From assembly GCA_963662285.2 (NCBI GenBank), contig CAXXMV010000002.1:1600001-1664000 (forward strand): a stretch of 64,000 nt of DNA, in the 5' to 3' direction. The position numbers and the translations under genes were made by a program. Below are positions 9,808 to 19,577 of this stretch, in pieces (positions within the stretch are counted from its first letter, which is position 1; the number at the start of each line of letters is the position of its first letter). The notes beneath the pieces are model-generated. The model was not told where the DNA came from. It did no database searches and saw only the letters and a program-made list of their open reading frames with translations. The DNA is from a bacterium (GTDB lineage: Bacteria; Hinthialibacterota; Hinthialibacteria; Hinthialibacterales; Hinthialibacteraceae).

Positions 9808-9951
9808 ATTTAATCTCCTTGTTTTTTCTTTAATAAATGATTGTATTACCAGAATTAGACGGATGATTCGCTTAATCCATAAATACAAATATATCGTAAA
9901 CTAGGATTTATACAATGATTATTTTTTCAAGTTCAGATATGTTTCAATAGA

Positions 9952-11187
9952 TTATTTCTTCCATTGGTCTGCGCCGATGTCAATCTGCTGATCACGCGCC
10001 TGTTGGTCGATATCGTTTTTTATGGAGGGCAGAGACATCCCCTGATCGATGATTTTGGCGGATGGTTTTGTAAGATGAAGATCGCCTTTTTGAACGTCCA
10101 CGAACAACTGGCTGAAATCTCCGATCAAATTATGTTCTAAACGAATGGCCTGGTCTGTTTCAATCGACATGCCTGGTCCGCTGAGAAGATTGTTGGCGAC
10201 CAGCAAGCCCTGGTTATCGTGAATGATACGCAACAAGCGGTTCATGCGGTTATCAGGATCGAAAATGGTGTTATTGATAATCTGGCAATCCTTGGTGTGA
10301 TCGGCCAGGATGCCAGATTCCGGGGTGCGGGTTACAAAGTTATTGCGTACAATCATGTTGGTTCCATGAATGGAACTTTGGTTGGGGCCGATGCCGCTGG
10401 AGTTGCCCAGGGCGATGCCGACGTCGCAGTCGATGATGGTGTTGCGTTCGATGATGCAGTCTTCGGCGTGATGCCACATGAAGACGCAGCCGCGTCCTTC
10501 ACGGGTCCGGCCTTGGATGTTCATGAAAACATTGTCGCTGATAAGCCAGTTTTTGGCGTACATGGCGTCAATTCCGCCGATGTAGTTGCCATTGAAGGTC
10601 TTGGGCGTATCGGTTTCGTCGTTGCTGAACTGTTTGGGGTGATCGTTATAAAAGAGGCAGTGTTGTATGCGGATGTTTTTAGGCCGTATTTCTTCACGGT
10701 TCTCTTTTGGGATGCGGACTGATTTAACGCCGCGCTGCCAGATATTATGGATTACGCAATTATAGATAGTGAGGTTCTGGACGTTGTGATCCGAGTTGAT
10801 TTTGAATCCATTCCATTTGATGTTTTGAATGGTTATATCCGCCACGGTAACGCCTGAGCATGATCGGAAGCCTACTAATTCGCCATGAATGCTTTTTGAT
10901 CCATCGAGAATTACTGCTTTGCGGTCGCCGGATGCGCTGCGCAGGCTGACGTTATCGGCGCCAATCTCCAGATAGCGCGGCATGTAGTAGGTTCCATCTT
11001 CTAGCAGAATAGTCTGGTTTGGTTTAACTTTTTCAACTGCTGAGAACAATTGCTCTACGTTTGAGGCGTGGATGATGTTGGTTGTTGGAAGGGGTAGAGG
11101 AGGCGCTGAGGGCGGCCAGGGCTGGGCGACCGCCTCTAAAGATGCGAGTGAAAATATTAGAGTAATAATGTAGAGATTGGTTTTCAT
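9952..11187 (-). CDS. Secreted right-handed parallel beta-helix (pectin lyase-like) protein
   Basis: Signal peptide; TILLEDGTY; repeated I.NN.I rungs; C-terminal GDLHL...IDQG...DID...R....DIGADQ. Confidence 0.8.
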   Translation of the reverse strand: MKTNLYIITLIFSLASLEAVAQPWPPSAPPLPLPTTNIIHASNVEQLFSAVEKVKPNQTILLEDGTYYMPRYLEIGADNVSLRSASGDRKAVILDGSKSIHGELVGFRSCSGVTVADITIQNIKWNGFKINSDHNVQNLTIYNCVIHNIWQRGVKSVRIPKENREEIRPKNIRIQHCLFYNDHPKQFSNDETDTPKTFNGNYIGGIDAMYAKNWLISDNVFMNIQGRTREGRGCVFMWHHAEDCIIERNTIIDCDVGIALGNSSGIGPNQSSIHGTNMIVRNNFVTRTPESGILADHTKDCQIINNTIFDPDNRMNRLLRIIHDNQGLLVANNLLSGPGMSIETDQAIRLEHNLIGDFSQLFVDVQKGDLHLTKPSAKIIDQGMSLPSIKNDIDQQARDQQIDIGADQWKK

Positions 11188-11237
11188 TATTTTTGATCCT
11201 TACATTGTTATGATTGAATATGATTATAGCATAAACT

Positions 11238-11270
11238 GATGGGACACGCTTTCGCTTTGTCCCATCCTAC
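11238..11270 (-). repeat. GTAG-type REP
   Basis: Minus strand GTAGGATGGGACAAAGCGAAAGCGTGTCCCATC. Confidence 0.75.
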
Positions 11271-11391
11271 GCGCTGTAACTGTAACAAAATACCTTATGG
11301 GGTGACTTGATATCAAGTGATTGGAAATATATGAAGTGAACTCAATCAAGGGCAATGTCATTAACTTAAGTTATTGAAATGACCCCAAAAA

Positions 11392-11730
11392 GGGGAGCAT
11401 CGGCTTCTAGCCGGTACGCCAATACCTTCGGTTCTCTTCATACAAACATGAATTCATGACAACAGCCAACATTTCGTTTGGCATAATAATATCATGGCTT
11501 CTGAATGTAATGAAAAAGGTTTGGCCAGTATCATGTATGTGAGGAAGGATTCTACGAGACATTTTGAATGGGTTGACAGGTTTATAGGTTTCTTTGACAC
11601 ACCGGCTAGAAGCCGATGCTCCCCTGGATCGGTTATTCATTTTTCATCCCCCTCTCTGCATGAAAATTTTTATGCGCGATGGGGTTCATTCTATCTTATT
11701 TGACACACCGGCTAGAAGCCGGTGCTCCCC
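11392..11730. repeat. REP family C: three 24-bp copies flanking a RAYT remnant
   Basis: GGGGAGCATCGGCTTCTAGCCGGT at 11392-11415; exact reverse complement at 11601-11624; 1-mismatch reverse copy at 11707-11730. Confidence 0.9.
11407..11592 (-). pseudogene. N-terminal remnant of a REP-associated tyrosine transposase (Y1/HUH)
   Basis: SRRILPHIHDTGQTFFITFR...NRRY matches the RAYT N-terminus; frame ends inside the REP before the HUH motif. Confidence 0.75.
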
Positions 11731-11940
11731 GTTTCATTCTCCTCTCCTGATTTGTGTACGGAGAGTAGCCCGGCGGGCGAGGGGACAGCTGGTTAACTTA
11801 ATGACATTGTTTTATGACTCCCCCCCCAGGATGGGGGGGAGAATTTGATTATCGTGATTTTGATGATCGCTATAGCAATTGATTGCGCTGATATAACTGG
11901 TATGTTAAAGGACGCGAATATCTTAGGGAGAACAATCATC

Positions 11941-14900
11941 ATGGGTAGATTATTGTTGGCTTTCTTGTGTCTGTTTTGTGCTTTTTCGGGAACTGCTTCG
12001 GGGGTAGTGTTTGAGGATCGATGTCAGTCTGTTGATAATTGGACATTTATCGATTATTCGGGGCAACTGCAAGTTGATATTGTCGATGATTTAAGTTGTC
12101 CGCCGGGCTATGGTCCGCAGGTTATGAATATTCATGGCGATGTGGCTATGGGCTTGGCTGAGGCGCCGCCTTTGCGGGAAGGTACTTTTATCGTTTTGTA
12201 TAAAGAGAATGCTCCCGCTGTGGAAGACGCTGATGGCGTGGTCATGGTATGGGCGCAATATGATAAGGATACCTCGGCGGAGCATAACACCAAAATCAAG
12301 CGGCCCCATGTATGGCTGGAACAGGATAATGACCTGGGTTTCCAATTCCGGGTAATAGACGCTGAGGGCAAGGAATATCCCGCTGAAGAACGGGTCGGCG
12401 TCGGGCTGGTTACTGATTCGTGGAATCAGACCAATTGGATCTGGCAAAAGGTGCAGATCAAAGGCAACCGGTTAAAAGCCAAATTCTGGCCTGCGGAAAA
12501 AGATGAACCCGATTCGTGGGCTATTGAGACTAACTATGATGCTAAGGGCGACCGCTTTGGCTTGCGGATTAACTCTGGATCGATCCGTGTGGCTTATTTT
12601 GCAGCGGACGTGAAGGATATCCATCCCCAGACGCCGCCCGCCTATCTTTTTTCTGAACGGGAACGCCTTGTTGATCCAGATTACTTAAGATTGAAATTAT
12701 TTACTAATGCTCAAAAACAGAGCCGGGAAAAATTTGATCTAGTATTTTCTTGTGATAACAAGGTAATTAGTAAAGCGGATATCACTTTGGATATTCTCAA
12801 GGGACATAATGAAACTTCCATTAACTTGGAGACCGATGCTCCTATATCTAATATATTAAAAGCGGATGAAAACGTATATATTTCAGAAATACCATCCAGC
12901 GGATTATGCAAAGTATCGTTAACGAATCCTACCGGCAATTATTTCTCGCAATGCTCATTTGAAATCGTTTCTCAATCAAAATTGATGGATCAATTCGGCG
13001 GCGCATGGAAATTTCTGAATCGGCTTGATGGCGCCATCCATGACTTGGATAAAGACACTGAGTGCTATAAATCCCTGCGGGTTATCAAAGACGCCGCCGC
13101 CGCGCATCTTGAACAGACCCGTACATTGTTGAGAGAGGGGAAGACCTCTGAGTCAGAAACCTCTTTCCGCTTCGTTATCGAAGCCTTGGCTGAATTGCGC
13201 GGATACAAGAGCGCCTGGCTTAAGGAACTGGGATTGACTTTGGATTTGGATTTTGTTCCAGAGGTTTTTGAGGATAAGCAGGGAATCGTCGAACCCAAGC
13301 ATGGCGTGGTTGATTTCTATTCGCCCAATTACCAAATCTCGTTTGATAATCCAACATCACAAGCCAAAAGTTTGGTGATGGGGCGCTCCTATGAGATTGA
13401 GATTCCCTGGAGCGTGACGGGCGGCGCTATCGACCGCGATTTTAGTTTCGATGTACGCCTGGTCAGCCCATTGGGAAACCGGGTTGTAGCGCAATCGAAG
13501 GCCGCCCCGAAGGTTCCCACCAGTCGATGGAAGCCGGGCGAGGTTTATAAACAGCGCATTACCTTGAATGTATTGGCGGAAGACGCGGTTAAACGGCCTG
13601 CGGAACCAGTAGTGCTTGATGAACTACATAACTTGTTGGTGACGGTGACTGATCCCAAAACGGGAGCGCGGGTTTTATTGGGCAACCAACCCGGCGATCA
13701 AATTGACCGGGTGGGAACCAGTTTTCTGGTTGATAGGTTTTATGTATCCAGCAGTCTATTGGAAATCGGCGCTTTTGAACCGGATGCCGCCGATATTGAG
13801 GTGAATAAGGAGCGGCGCGTTATTGCGACTTTACGTAATTTTGGAGATGAAACCGCTTTGGTTGATGCGGTCTTAACCGTTGCAACCGAGTCTGGCCGGG
13901 TGGTATTCCAAAAAGCGCAGTCGGTTAGCATTGCCGCCAATGCGAAGCACAAGGTTAAATACTATTGGTCAAGCAAGACGGCGGGCAACCTTACCATTAC
14001 TCTTCGGCTGATGCGTGATGGTATCACCCTGACTGAAGCCTCGCGGGAATTGATGGTCAGTCCACCATCAGGTCAGGATGTTGAGGTTATAAAACAGAAC
14101 CATGTGGAACAACGCTTGGGGCGGTTTGTTACTTCTATCATGGTTAACATGCAGAATGGTAAGAATCCAGTTACGGTTCGGGTGTATGCCGATAATCGGT
14201 TGGTGGGAGAGAAGACCGGATCGACCGATGAAATTGTGGTTGATGCCGAACCGTGGTTTGGTTATTACGATATTGTGGTTGATTGCGGCGCCTATTGTTT
14301 CGAGAAGCGCGTGGTGGCCACCGTGGTTGAGACCAAGGGTAAGTATCTGCTGGTCAATGGAGAACCGTTTATAGTAAAGGGCGTCAATGTGCATGGCCTG
14401 GATTCAGGCAGCCCGGAACGCACCGCCAGCATGATGAGGGTCATGCGCGAGTTGGGCTTCAACGCCTGGCGGGGCGATTATCCCGCACGCTGGCAGATGG
14501 AGTTGGCCTATGAACTTGGCAGCGTCTATACCGTGCTGGCGCCATTCAGCTGCGCCCGGACTCCAGAAATTTTTGGAGCTCAGATTGGACCGCCCTTAGG
14601 GACGGCGCGGGAACTGACCCGCTTGTTTATTGAGCGCTACAAGGATTCTGCTGGAGTATTGTTGTGGAATTCATGCAACGAAATCCAGGGCGAGAATATT
14701 GATTTTCTATTGTCGCTCTATCCGCTCTATAAAGCCTATGATCCGTATCAGCGCCCGGTGCATTACGCCAATCTTTACGGCCAGGATTTGTGGCAGGGTC
14801 AGGATGCAATGGGAGTCAATTACTATTTCGGCGAGGGACAAACAGCTGTGGATCGTCAGATATTGATTCAGCGCAGCCTTGATCTGGCGGTGTCTCATGA

Positions 14901-15408
14901 TATTCCTGCCATCTTCTGTGAATATAACAGTTACCAGGGCGCCATTCATTCAACCGGAGTGGAAGCCATGGAAGGCCTCTTCTCATGGGGAGTGGAGCAG
15001 GCTGGCATGTCGGGCGGCTTCTTATACATGCGCCCCAATAGCACCTCCCACCCCGGAGTTATGGATGGTTCATTCAATACCCATAAGATTTTTGATGAAG
15101 CCATAATTAAAGCTTTCGCTGATGCCGAGATTGCCCTCTTATCTACATCTGGCAGCGGTTATCAGGCACGGATTAAGAATAAACGCGATTGCACCCTGCG
15201 TCAGCTAACGATTAACTACTCTGTTAATAATGTCGCGTGTGATCAGGTTGTTCTGGATGATCTGGCGGCTAAGGGATCGGTGGATTTAACCTTGCCGATG
15301 CCATCCGATGTTGGCAGGCCGGATTTCATTATCACCGGGACTTTGGAATTTGTTACGCATTATGGGTTTAGGAATAAGGTTCCATTTAAGATGGTGGCAT
15401 CTGACTAG
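11941..15408 (+). CDS. Secreted multidomain glycoside hydrolase with C-terminal GH2-like TIM barrel
   Basis: ATG 11941 behind AGGGAG; signal peptide; LLVNGEPFIVKGVNVH, LLWNSCNE (acid/base) and AIFCEY (nucleophile-like). Confidence 0.7.
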   Translation: MGRLLLAFLCLFCAFSGTASGVVFEDRCQSVDNWTFIDYSGQLQVDIVDDLSCPPGYGPQVMNIHGDVAMGLAEAPPLREGTFIVLYKENAPAVEDADGVVMVWAQYDKDTSAEHNTKIKRPHVWLEQDNDLGFQFRVIDAEGKEYPAEERVGVGLVTDSWNQTNWIWQKVQIKGNRLKAKFWPAEKDEPDSWAIETNYDAKGDRFGLRINSGSIRVAYFAADVKDIHPQTPPAYLFSERERLVDPDYLRLKLFTNAQKQSREKFDLVFSCDNKVISKADITLDILKGHNETSINLETDAPISNILKADENVYISEIPSSGLCKVSLTNPTGNYFSQCSFEIVSQSKLMDQFGGAWKFLNRLDGAIHDLDKDTECYKSLRVIKDAAAAHLEQTRTLLREGKTSESETSFRFVIEALAELRGYKSAWLKELGLTLDLDFVPEVFEDKQGIVEPKHGVVDFYSPNYQISFDNPTSQAKSLVMGRSYEIEIPWSVTGGAIDRDFSFDVRLVSPLGNRVVAQSKAAPKVPTSRWKPGEVYKQRITLNVLAEDAVKRPAEPVVLDELHNLLVTVTDPKTGARVLLGNQPGDQIDRVGTSFLVDRFYVSSSLLEIGAFEPDAADIEVNKERRVIATLRNFGDETALVDAVLTVATESGRVVFQKAQSVSIAANAKHKVKYYWSSKTAGNLTITLRLMRDGITLTEASRELMVSPPSGQDVEVIKQNHVEQRLGRFVTSIMVNMQNGKNPVTVRVYADNRLVGEKTGSTDEIVVDAEPWFGYYDIVVDCGAYCFEKRVVATVVETKGKYLLVNGEPFIVKGVNVHGLDSGSPERTASMMRVMRELGFNAWRGDYPARWQMELAYELGSVYTVLAPFSCARTPEIFGAQIGPPLGTARELTRLFIERYKDSAGVLLWNSCNEIQGENIDFLLSLYPLYKAYDPYQRPVHYANLYGQDLWQGQDAMGVNYYFGEGQTAVDRQILIQRSLDLAVSHDIPAIFCEYNSYQGAIHSTGVEAMEGLFSWGVEQAGMSGGFLYMRPNSTSHPGVMDGSFNTHKIFDEAIIKAFADAEIALLSTSGSGYQARIKNKRDCTLRQLTINYSVNNVACDQVVLDDLAAKGSVDLTLPMPSDVGRPDFIITGTLEFVTHYGFRNKVPFKMVASD

Positions 15409-15471
15409 GGTGGTTGTTATCAACCCTCACCCGCTGTTTTTCGGATTATGGAAATAAAGAAGTGAAATCAA

Positions 15472-15504
15472 TCAAGGGCAGAAAATACACTGCCCTTGGC
15501 ACCC
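15472..15504 (+). repeat. REP-like family B, short variant
   Basis: Identical to 4139-4171. Confidence 0.9.
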
Positions 15505-15544
15505 GCTATCCATTTTACGTGATGGGATTCAAAATATTTAAACG

Positions 15545-15576
15545 AAAAAGCCCTCCAGATATCCGGAGGGCTTTTT
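15545..15576. terminator. Bidirectional intrinsic terminator
   Basis: AAAAAGCCCTCC...GGAGGGCTTTTT between convergent genes. Confidence 0.85.
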
Positions 15577-15627
15577 GTAAATGCATAGAATTGGAAATAA
15601 ATCTAATTATAAATGCATCGAAGATGC

Positions 15628-17088
15628 TTATTTGCTTAATTCCCAGTTAGTTACGTCGGAACTGGCTCTTGTTTCGGCGTTGAATTGGGCGGCTACTTCT
15701 TCGGCGGTTAGAGCGCCGTTATAGATGCGGGCATTATCTATGTATCCTGCCCAATTTTCACCGGCTGCGGCTTGGTTATCGCCGCCAAAGAAGAGAGGTT
15801 GAGGATCATATAATGCCTGAGCAATGGTTCGCATTCCGGCTTCTTCGCCATTGCGGTAATAGGTAAGCAAATTCCCGCTTTTGACTACTACGTGATGCAG
15901 CCATACGTTATTAGGAATGTCTTCATAATCCAGGTTGTCGTCGCCGTTGCCTTCGGTGTGCCATTCAAATTTGGTCGGGGTGAACTTAATGAATTGGCGT
16001 GGAACGAAATCAACCTTTTCGATGCTTACGCGGTTTCCAAAGATAATCTGATTTTCGGTGTTGCCTTCGGCTTGTTTCGCCCAGAATGACCATGTGAAAT
16101 CATTTTCTAATGTCATAACTGGAATAATGGCATCACCAGCTAATACATAAGAGCTTTCAGCTGTGCCATCGGAACTAATGACTGAGTCACGCTCGGAGTC
16201 GTTAACCCATGCTGAGCCGCCTTCACCTAGACCATTACCTACGTTATTGACGGTTCCATCGTTGCCATTTCCGCTGGAGTCGGCAGCCACTTCGCCATTG
16301 CCTTCTTCAAATTCCCAAAATCCGATCAATTCGGCTGGAGCGCCAGCTGATTCATAATTAAATAGAGCAGCGACGTCATCAGCGGATACAGCGTAGTCAT
16401 AGATGCGGACGTTATCAATATATCCAGCCCAGTTTTCACCAGCTGCGGCTTGGTTGTCGCCGCCGATGAATAGAGGTTGTGGATCATATAAAGCCTGGGT
16501 GATTACTTGAGATCCGGCTTCTACGCCATCGCGGTAATAGGTAAGCAAATCAGCTGCTTTGACAACTACATGATGAATCCATACATCGTTGGGAATATCT
16601 TCGTAATCCAGGTTGTCGTCGCCATTGCCTTCAGTGTGCCATTCAAATTTGGTTGGAGTAAATTTGATGAATTGGCGAGGGACGAAGTCAACCTTTTCGA
16701 TGCTCATACGGTTTCCAAGGATAATATCATTGTCACCATTACCTTCGGCCTGTTTAGCCCAAAATGACCACGTAAAATCATTTTCTAAGGTCATAACTGG
16801 AATAATCGCATCGCCAGCCAGTGCATATGCTCCTACGTCTAAGCCATTGAAACTGATGACGGATCCCCGTTCAGGATCAACTACCCATGCTGCGCCGCCA
16901 TCACCTAAACCCTGATCCAGGTTAAAGATGGTTCCATTGTTATCATTGGTGCTGGAGTCAGTAACCGAATTGCCTGACCCTTCATTAAATCCCCAAAAAC
17001 CAAGCAAATCGGCATTAGCGCCAATTGGCAATAAGAAAAGAGCTGCGAGTAAACCGAGTACTAAAGTTGAATGTTGTTTCTTGTTCAT
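15628..17088 (-). CDS. Secreted tandem LamG/concanavalin A-like protein with C-terminal motif SDVTNWELSK
   Basis: Signal peptide; two similar domains (W.F.EG.G...DSS...N.G, FTWSFW, W.HHVVV, G.IDN.RIY). Confidence 0.88.
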   Translation of the reverse strand: MNKKQHSTLVLGLLAALFLLPIGANADLLGFWGFNEGSGNSVTDSSTNDNNGTIFNLDQGLGDGGAAWVVDPERGSVISFNGLDVGAYALAGDAIIPVMTLENDFTWSFWAKQAEGNGDNDIILGNRMSIEKVDFVPRQFIKFTPTKFEWHTEGNGDDNLDYEDIPNDVWIHHVVVKAADLLTYYRDGVEAGSQVITQALYDPQPLFIGGDNQAAAGENWAGYIDNVRIYDYAVSADDVAALFNYESAGAPAELIGFWEFEEGNGEVAADSSGNGNDGTVNNVGNGLGEGGSAWVNDSERDSVISSDGTAESSYVLAGDAIIPVMTLENDFTWSFWAKQAEGNTENQIIFGNRVSIEKVDFVPRQFIKFTPTKFEWHTEGNGDDNLDYEDIPNNVWLHHVVVKSGNLLTYYRNGEEAGMRTIAQALYDPQPLFFGGDNQAAAGENWAGYIDNARIYNGALTAEEVAAQFNAETRASSDVTNWELSK

Positions 17089-17255
17089 AGTAACCTCCCA
17101 TATTTACATTTATATGCCGGTCAATTAAATATCAAAATAATTCATGCATGTAAAGTGAATATTTTACATTTGATAATAAAAAATTTAAAAAGTCTTGAAA
17201 AGTCAGAAATGGTTCTCTAAATTGACGAATTCTTGATCAATCCTCACGCCATGTT

Positions 17256-19577
17256 TTACCATTGCGCAGGCAGGTATTGATCCACGTTATCAGAGGTAAT
17301 GATGGCGATTGGCAGATAGCGAATGGGATCAATCGGTTTTCCATAGAACCAATCGGCGGCTAATTTCATGGGGATGGCGCCATCGGCTTCGGGCGACTGG
17401 TAGGTAATGGCGTGGAGGCGGCCTTCTTTGATGAAGTCCATGCCGACTTTGCTGTTGCCTGCGGCGACCCGGATGATATCCTCGCGGCCTGCGTTTTTTA
17501 TGGCTTCGTTGATGCCGACCTGGGCGCCGGAATCATCGGCGCTGCTGATGCCTTTCAATTCATCGCCGAAGCGGGTAATCCATCCACTGACGACATCCTT
17601 GGTTTTTTCTGATTCGAGGTCGGTGGTCTGCATGGCCAGCAGTTTCATTTTGGGAGCAATTTTCTTTAACTCTGATACAACCGACCAGGTGCGTGAAAAG
17701 AAAGGCGAACAGCCGGGGAAATGCTGAATTATGCAATAGCCGCCTTCATAATTCATCCGTTTGGCGAACTCATGAGTTAGAAGACGGAACTGGCGCCAGT
17801 CATCGGGACCGGTCCAGGCCAATATATACTTGTGCGCTTCCGGGTCGGGCAGCAGGTTAATGGCGATGACCGGGATTCCCGCTTGATTGAGTTTTCTGAA
17901 GAGTGGAACGCAGGCTTTGGCGTCAACCGGACTGACAATGACCATGTCAGGCCGTTCGTTAATGACCTGATCGACCTGTTGGTTTTGGATATTGATATCG
18001 TTGTTGGCCGTCTTGTATTTAACATTGATGCCATAGACCTGGGCGATCTTATTCATACCCTTCATCATGCCTGTATGATATGGGTGGTCGACCGCTCTCA
18101 GGTAGATCACATTCTTGCCGGATGGGCCATCTGCTGGCGAGACGGGTTGGTTGATTTTCGTGACGCCCCAGCCGGAATATTCCATATCATACCAATGCAA
18201 TGCATCATCTTCAGGTAATGCCGCCGGATCGTCGGGGCGCTGAGGTATGGCCTTGGTGGATGGCGGCAGAATAAGCGGCTGACCGTCTTTGGGTTTTAAT
18301 TGGGCGATCTGCTCATCCTGTTGTTGGGCTAATGATAATAAATCAACGGGATTTAACGCCGGGGTGGATGCTTGCGCTTTTTGAATTGCATCACTGGAAA
18401 CCAGCGCCATTTGGGATTTTGATTGCATGCTCATAAAAAACATAGCGAAAATGGCGACTATAGAGACGCAGCCTACTACGGCGATGGCGGTTAAAGCAAT
18501 GTTTGTTTCCTTGTTAGTCATGTCGGTTTCCCTGCCTGTTTGATTTATGTGATCCATGTCAATTTCTTCAATTAATTCGTGGCGGCGCCCGCGCACTTTC
18601 TTTTGTTGGGCGGATGAGAAGGCGTCATATAATACCACGCAGGCCAGGACGAAACCGCTGGCCATTTTGCGGGTTTCCCAGCCTGATCCTATACATTCCA
18701 GCCCGTTGTAGAGTATGGTCAGGGTAAGCAGTGCGATCATGCTTTTGAGTACGCCGCCTTGGCCTCCGGTCATGGCTGTTCCGCCGATAATCACCGCCGC
18801 TACCACTTCCATTAAACTGTTGTTGCCCATAGTGGGCATGGCGGAATTGAGGCCGATGGAGAACAATGCGCCTCCCAGGCTGGCCAGGGCGCCTGATAAG
18901 GTGAAAGCGCTGATGATGTATTGATCTACTGGCAATCCGGCGTTCCAGGCGGTATGGCGGTTGCCGCCTATCAGGTAGAAGCCGCGTCCTATCCGGGTAT
19001 ATATAAGCAAGAATTCAAAGCAGATGACCAAGCCGATGGTGATTAATACGCGGGGAGGGAAGACCGACAACAGAGGCGTCTCCATCCAGGTTCCCAAAGT
19101 GAAACTTTCGACGGATAAAGTGCCTCCATGACTGTAGGTGTAGATTAAGCCCTGGGTTATTATCATCATGCCCAAGGTGGCGATGAAGGAATCCACTTTA
19201 ATCTTGGCTACCAGGAAACCGTTGATCAGGCCGATCAAAGAGCCGCACAGGATGGCGATAGAGATGCTGGCGGGCCAGCCTAGAATGGGTTGCAAGCCGA
19301 TGGTCAACATGCCGCCGAGGGTTAGGTTGGTTCCGATGGAGAGGTCTAGCTGGCCGCAGATCATCACTAAGGTGAATCCGATAGCGGCAGGCATACTGAG
19401 GCTCATGCCCTTAAGGATGGTGGTCTGGTTGTGCAGGGAAAGAAAGTGAGGCGCCGCCATTGCCATGATGGAGAAGACCACCAGCAACAGAAAATAGATA
19501 CGGTTTTCACTTAAAAAGTGATGAATCCCTTTTGATGACAGGTTGCTAAACATCGATCCTCCCGGATTTTCTGGCAA
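17256..19577 (-). CDS. Sugar ABC permease fused to a periplasmic sugar-binding domain
   Basis: N-half RbsC-like (GQLDLSIG, FIATLG, AAVIIGGT.MTGG.G); C-half Peripla_BP_4-like (SPVDAKA, AGIPVI); single open frame. Start may be 19553. Confidence 0.85.
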   Translation of the reverse strand: MPENPGGSMFSNLSSKGIHHFLSENRIYFLLLVVFSIMAMAAPHFLSLHNQTTILKGMSLSMPAAIGFTLVMICGQLDLSIGTNLTLGGMLTIGLQPILGWPASISIAILCGSLIGLINGFLVAKIKVDSFIATLGMMIITQGLIYTYSHGGTLSVESFTLGTWMETPLLSVFPPRVLITIGLVICFEFLLIYTRIGRGFYLIGGNRHTAWNAGLPVDQYIISAFTLSGALASLGGALFSIGLNSAMPTMGNNSLMEVVAAVIIGGTAMTGGQGGVLKSMIALLTLTILYNGLECIGSGWETRKMASGFVLACVVLYDAFSSAQQKKVRGRRHELIEEIDMDHINQTGRETDMTNKETNIALTAIAVVGCVSIVAIFAMFFMSMQSKSQMALVSSDAIQKAQASTPALNPVDLLSLAQQQDEQIAQLKPKDGQPLILPPSTKAIPQRPDDPAALPEDDALHWYDMEYSGWGVTKINQPVSPADGPSGKNVIYLRAVDHPYHTGMMKGMNKIAQVYGINVKYKTANNDINIQNQQVDQVINERPDMVIVSPVDAKACVPLFRKLNQAGIPVIAINLLPDPEAHKYILAWTGPDDWRQFRLLTHEFAKRMNYEGGYCIIQHFPGCSPFFSRTWSVVSELKKIAPKMKLLAMQTTDLESEKTKDVVSGWITRFGDELKGISSADDSGAQVGINEAIKNAGREDIIRVAAGNSKVGMDFIKEGRLHAITYQSPEADGAIPMKLAADWFYGKPIDPIRYLPIAIITSDNVDQYLPAQW

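Noticed and set aside
9952-10000. C-terminus DIGADQWKK as a seventh carrier of the sorting motif
   Set aside because: It fits the common DIGA[YD]E ending of beta-helix proteins and lacks the [TS]x[VI]x[NDE]W spacing.
15628-17088. Diversity-generating retroelement template/variable repeat pair
   Set aside because: Both copies are in-frame domains, differences are not adenine-specific, and no reverse transcriptase is present.
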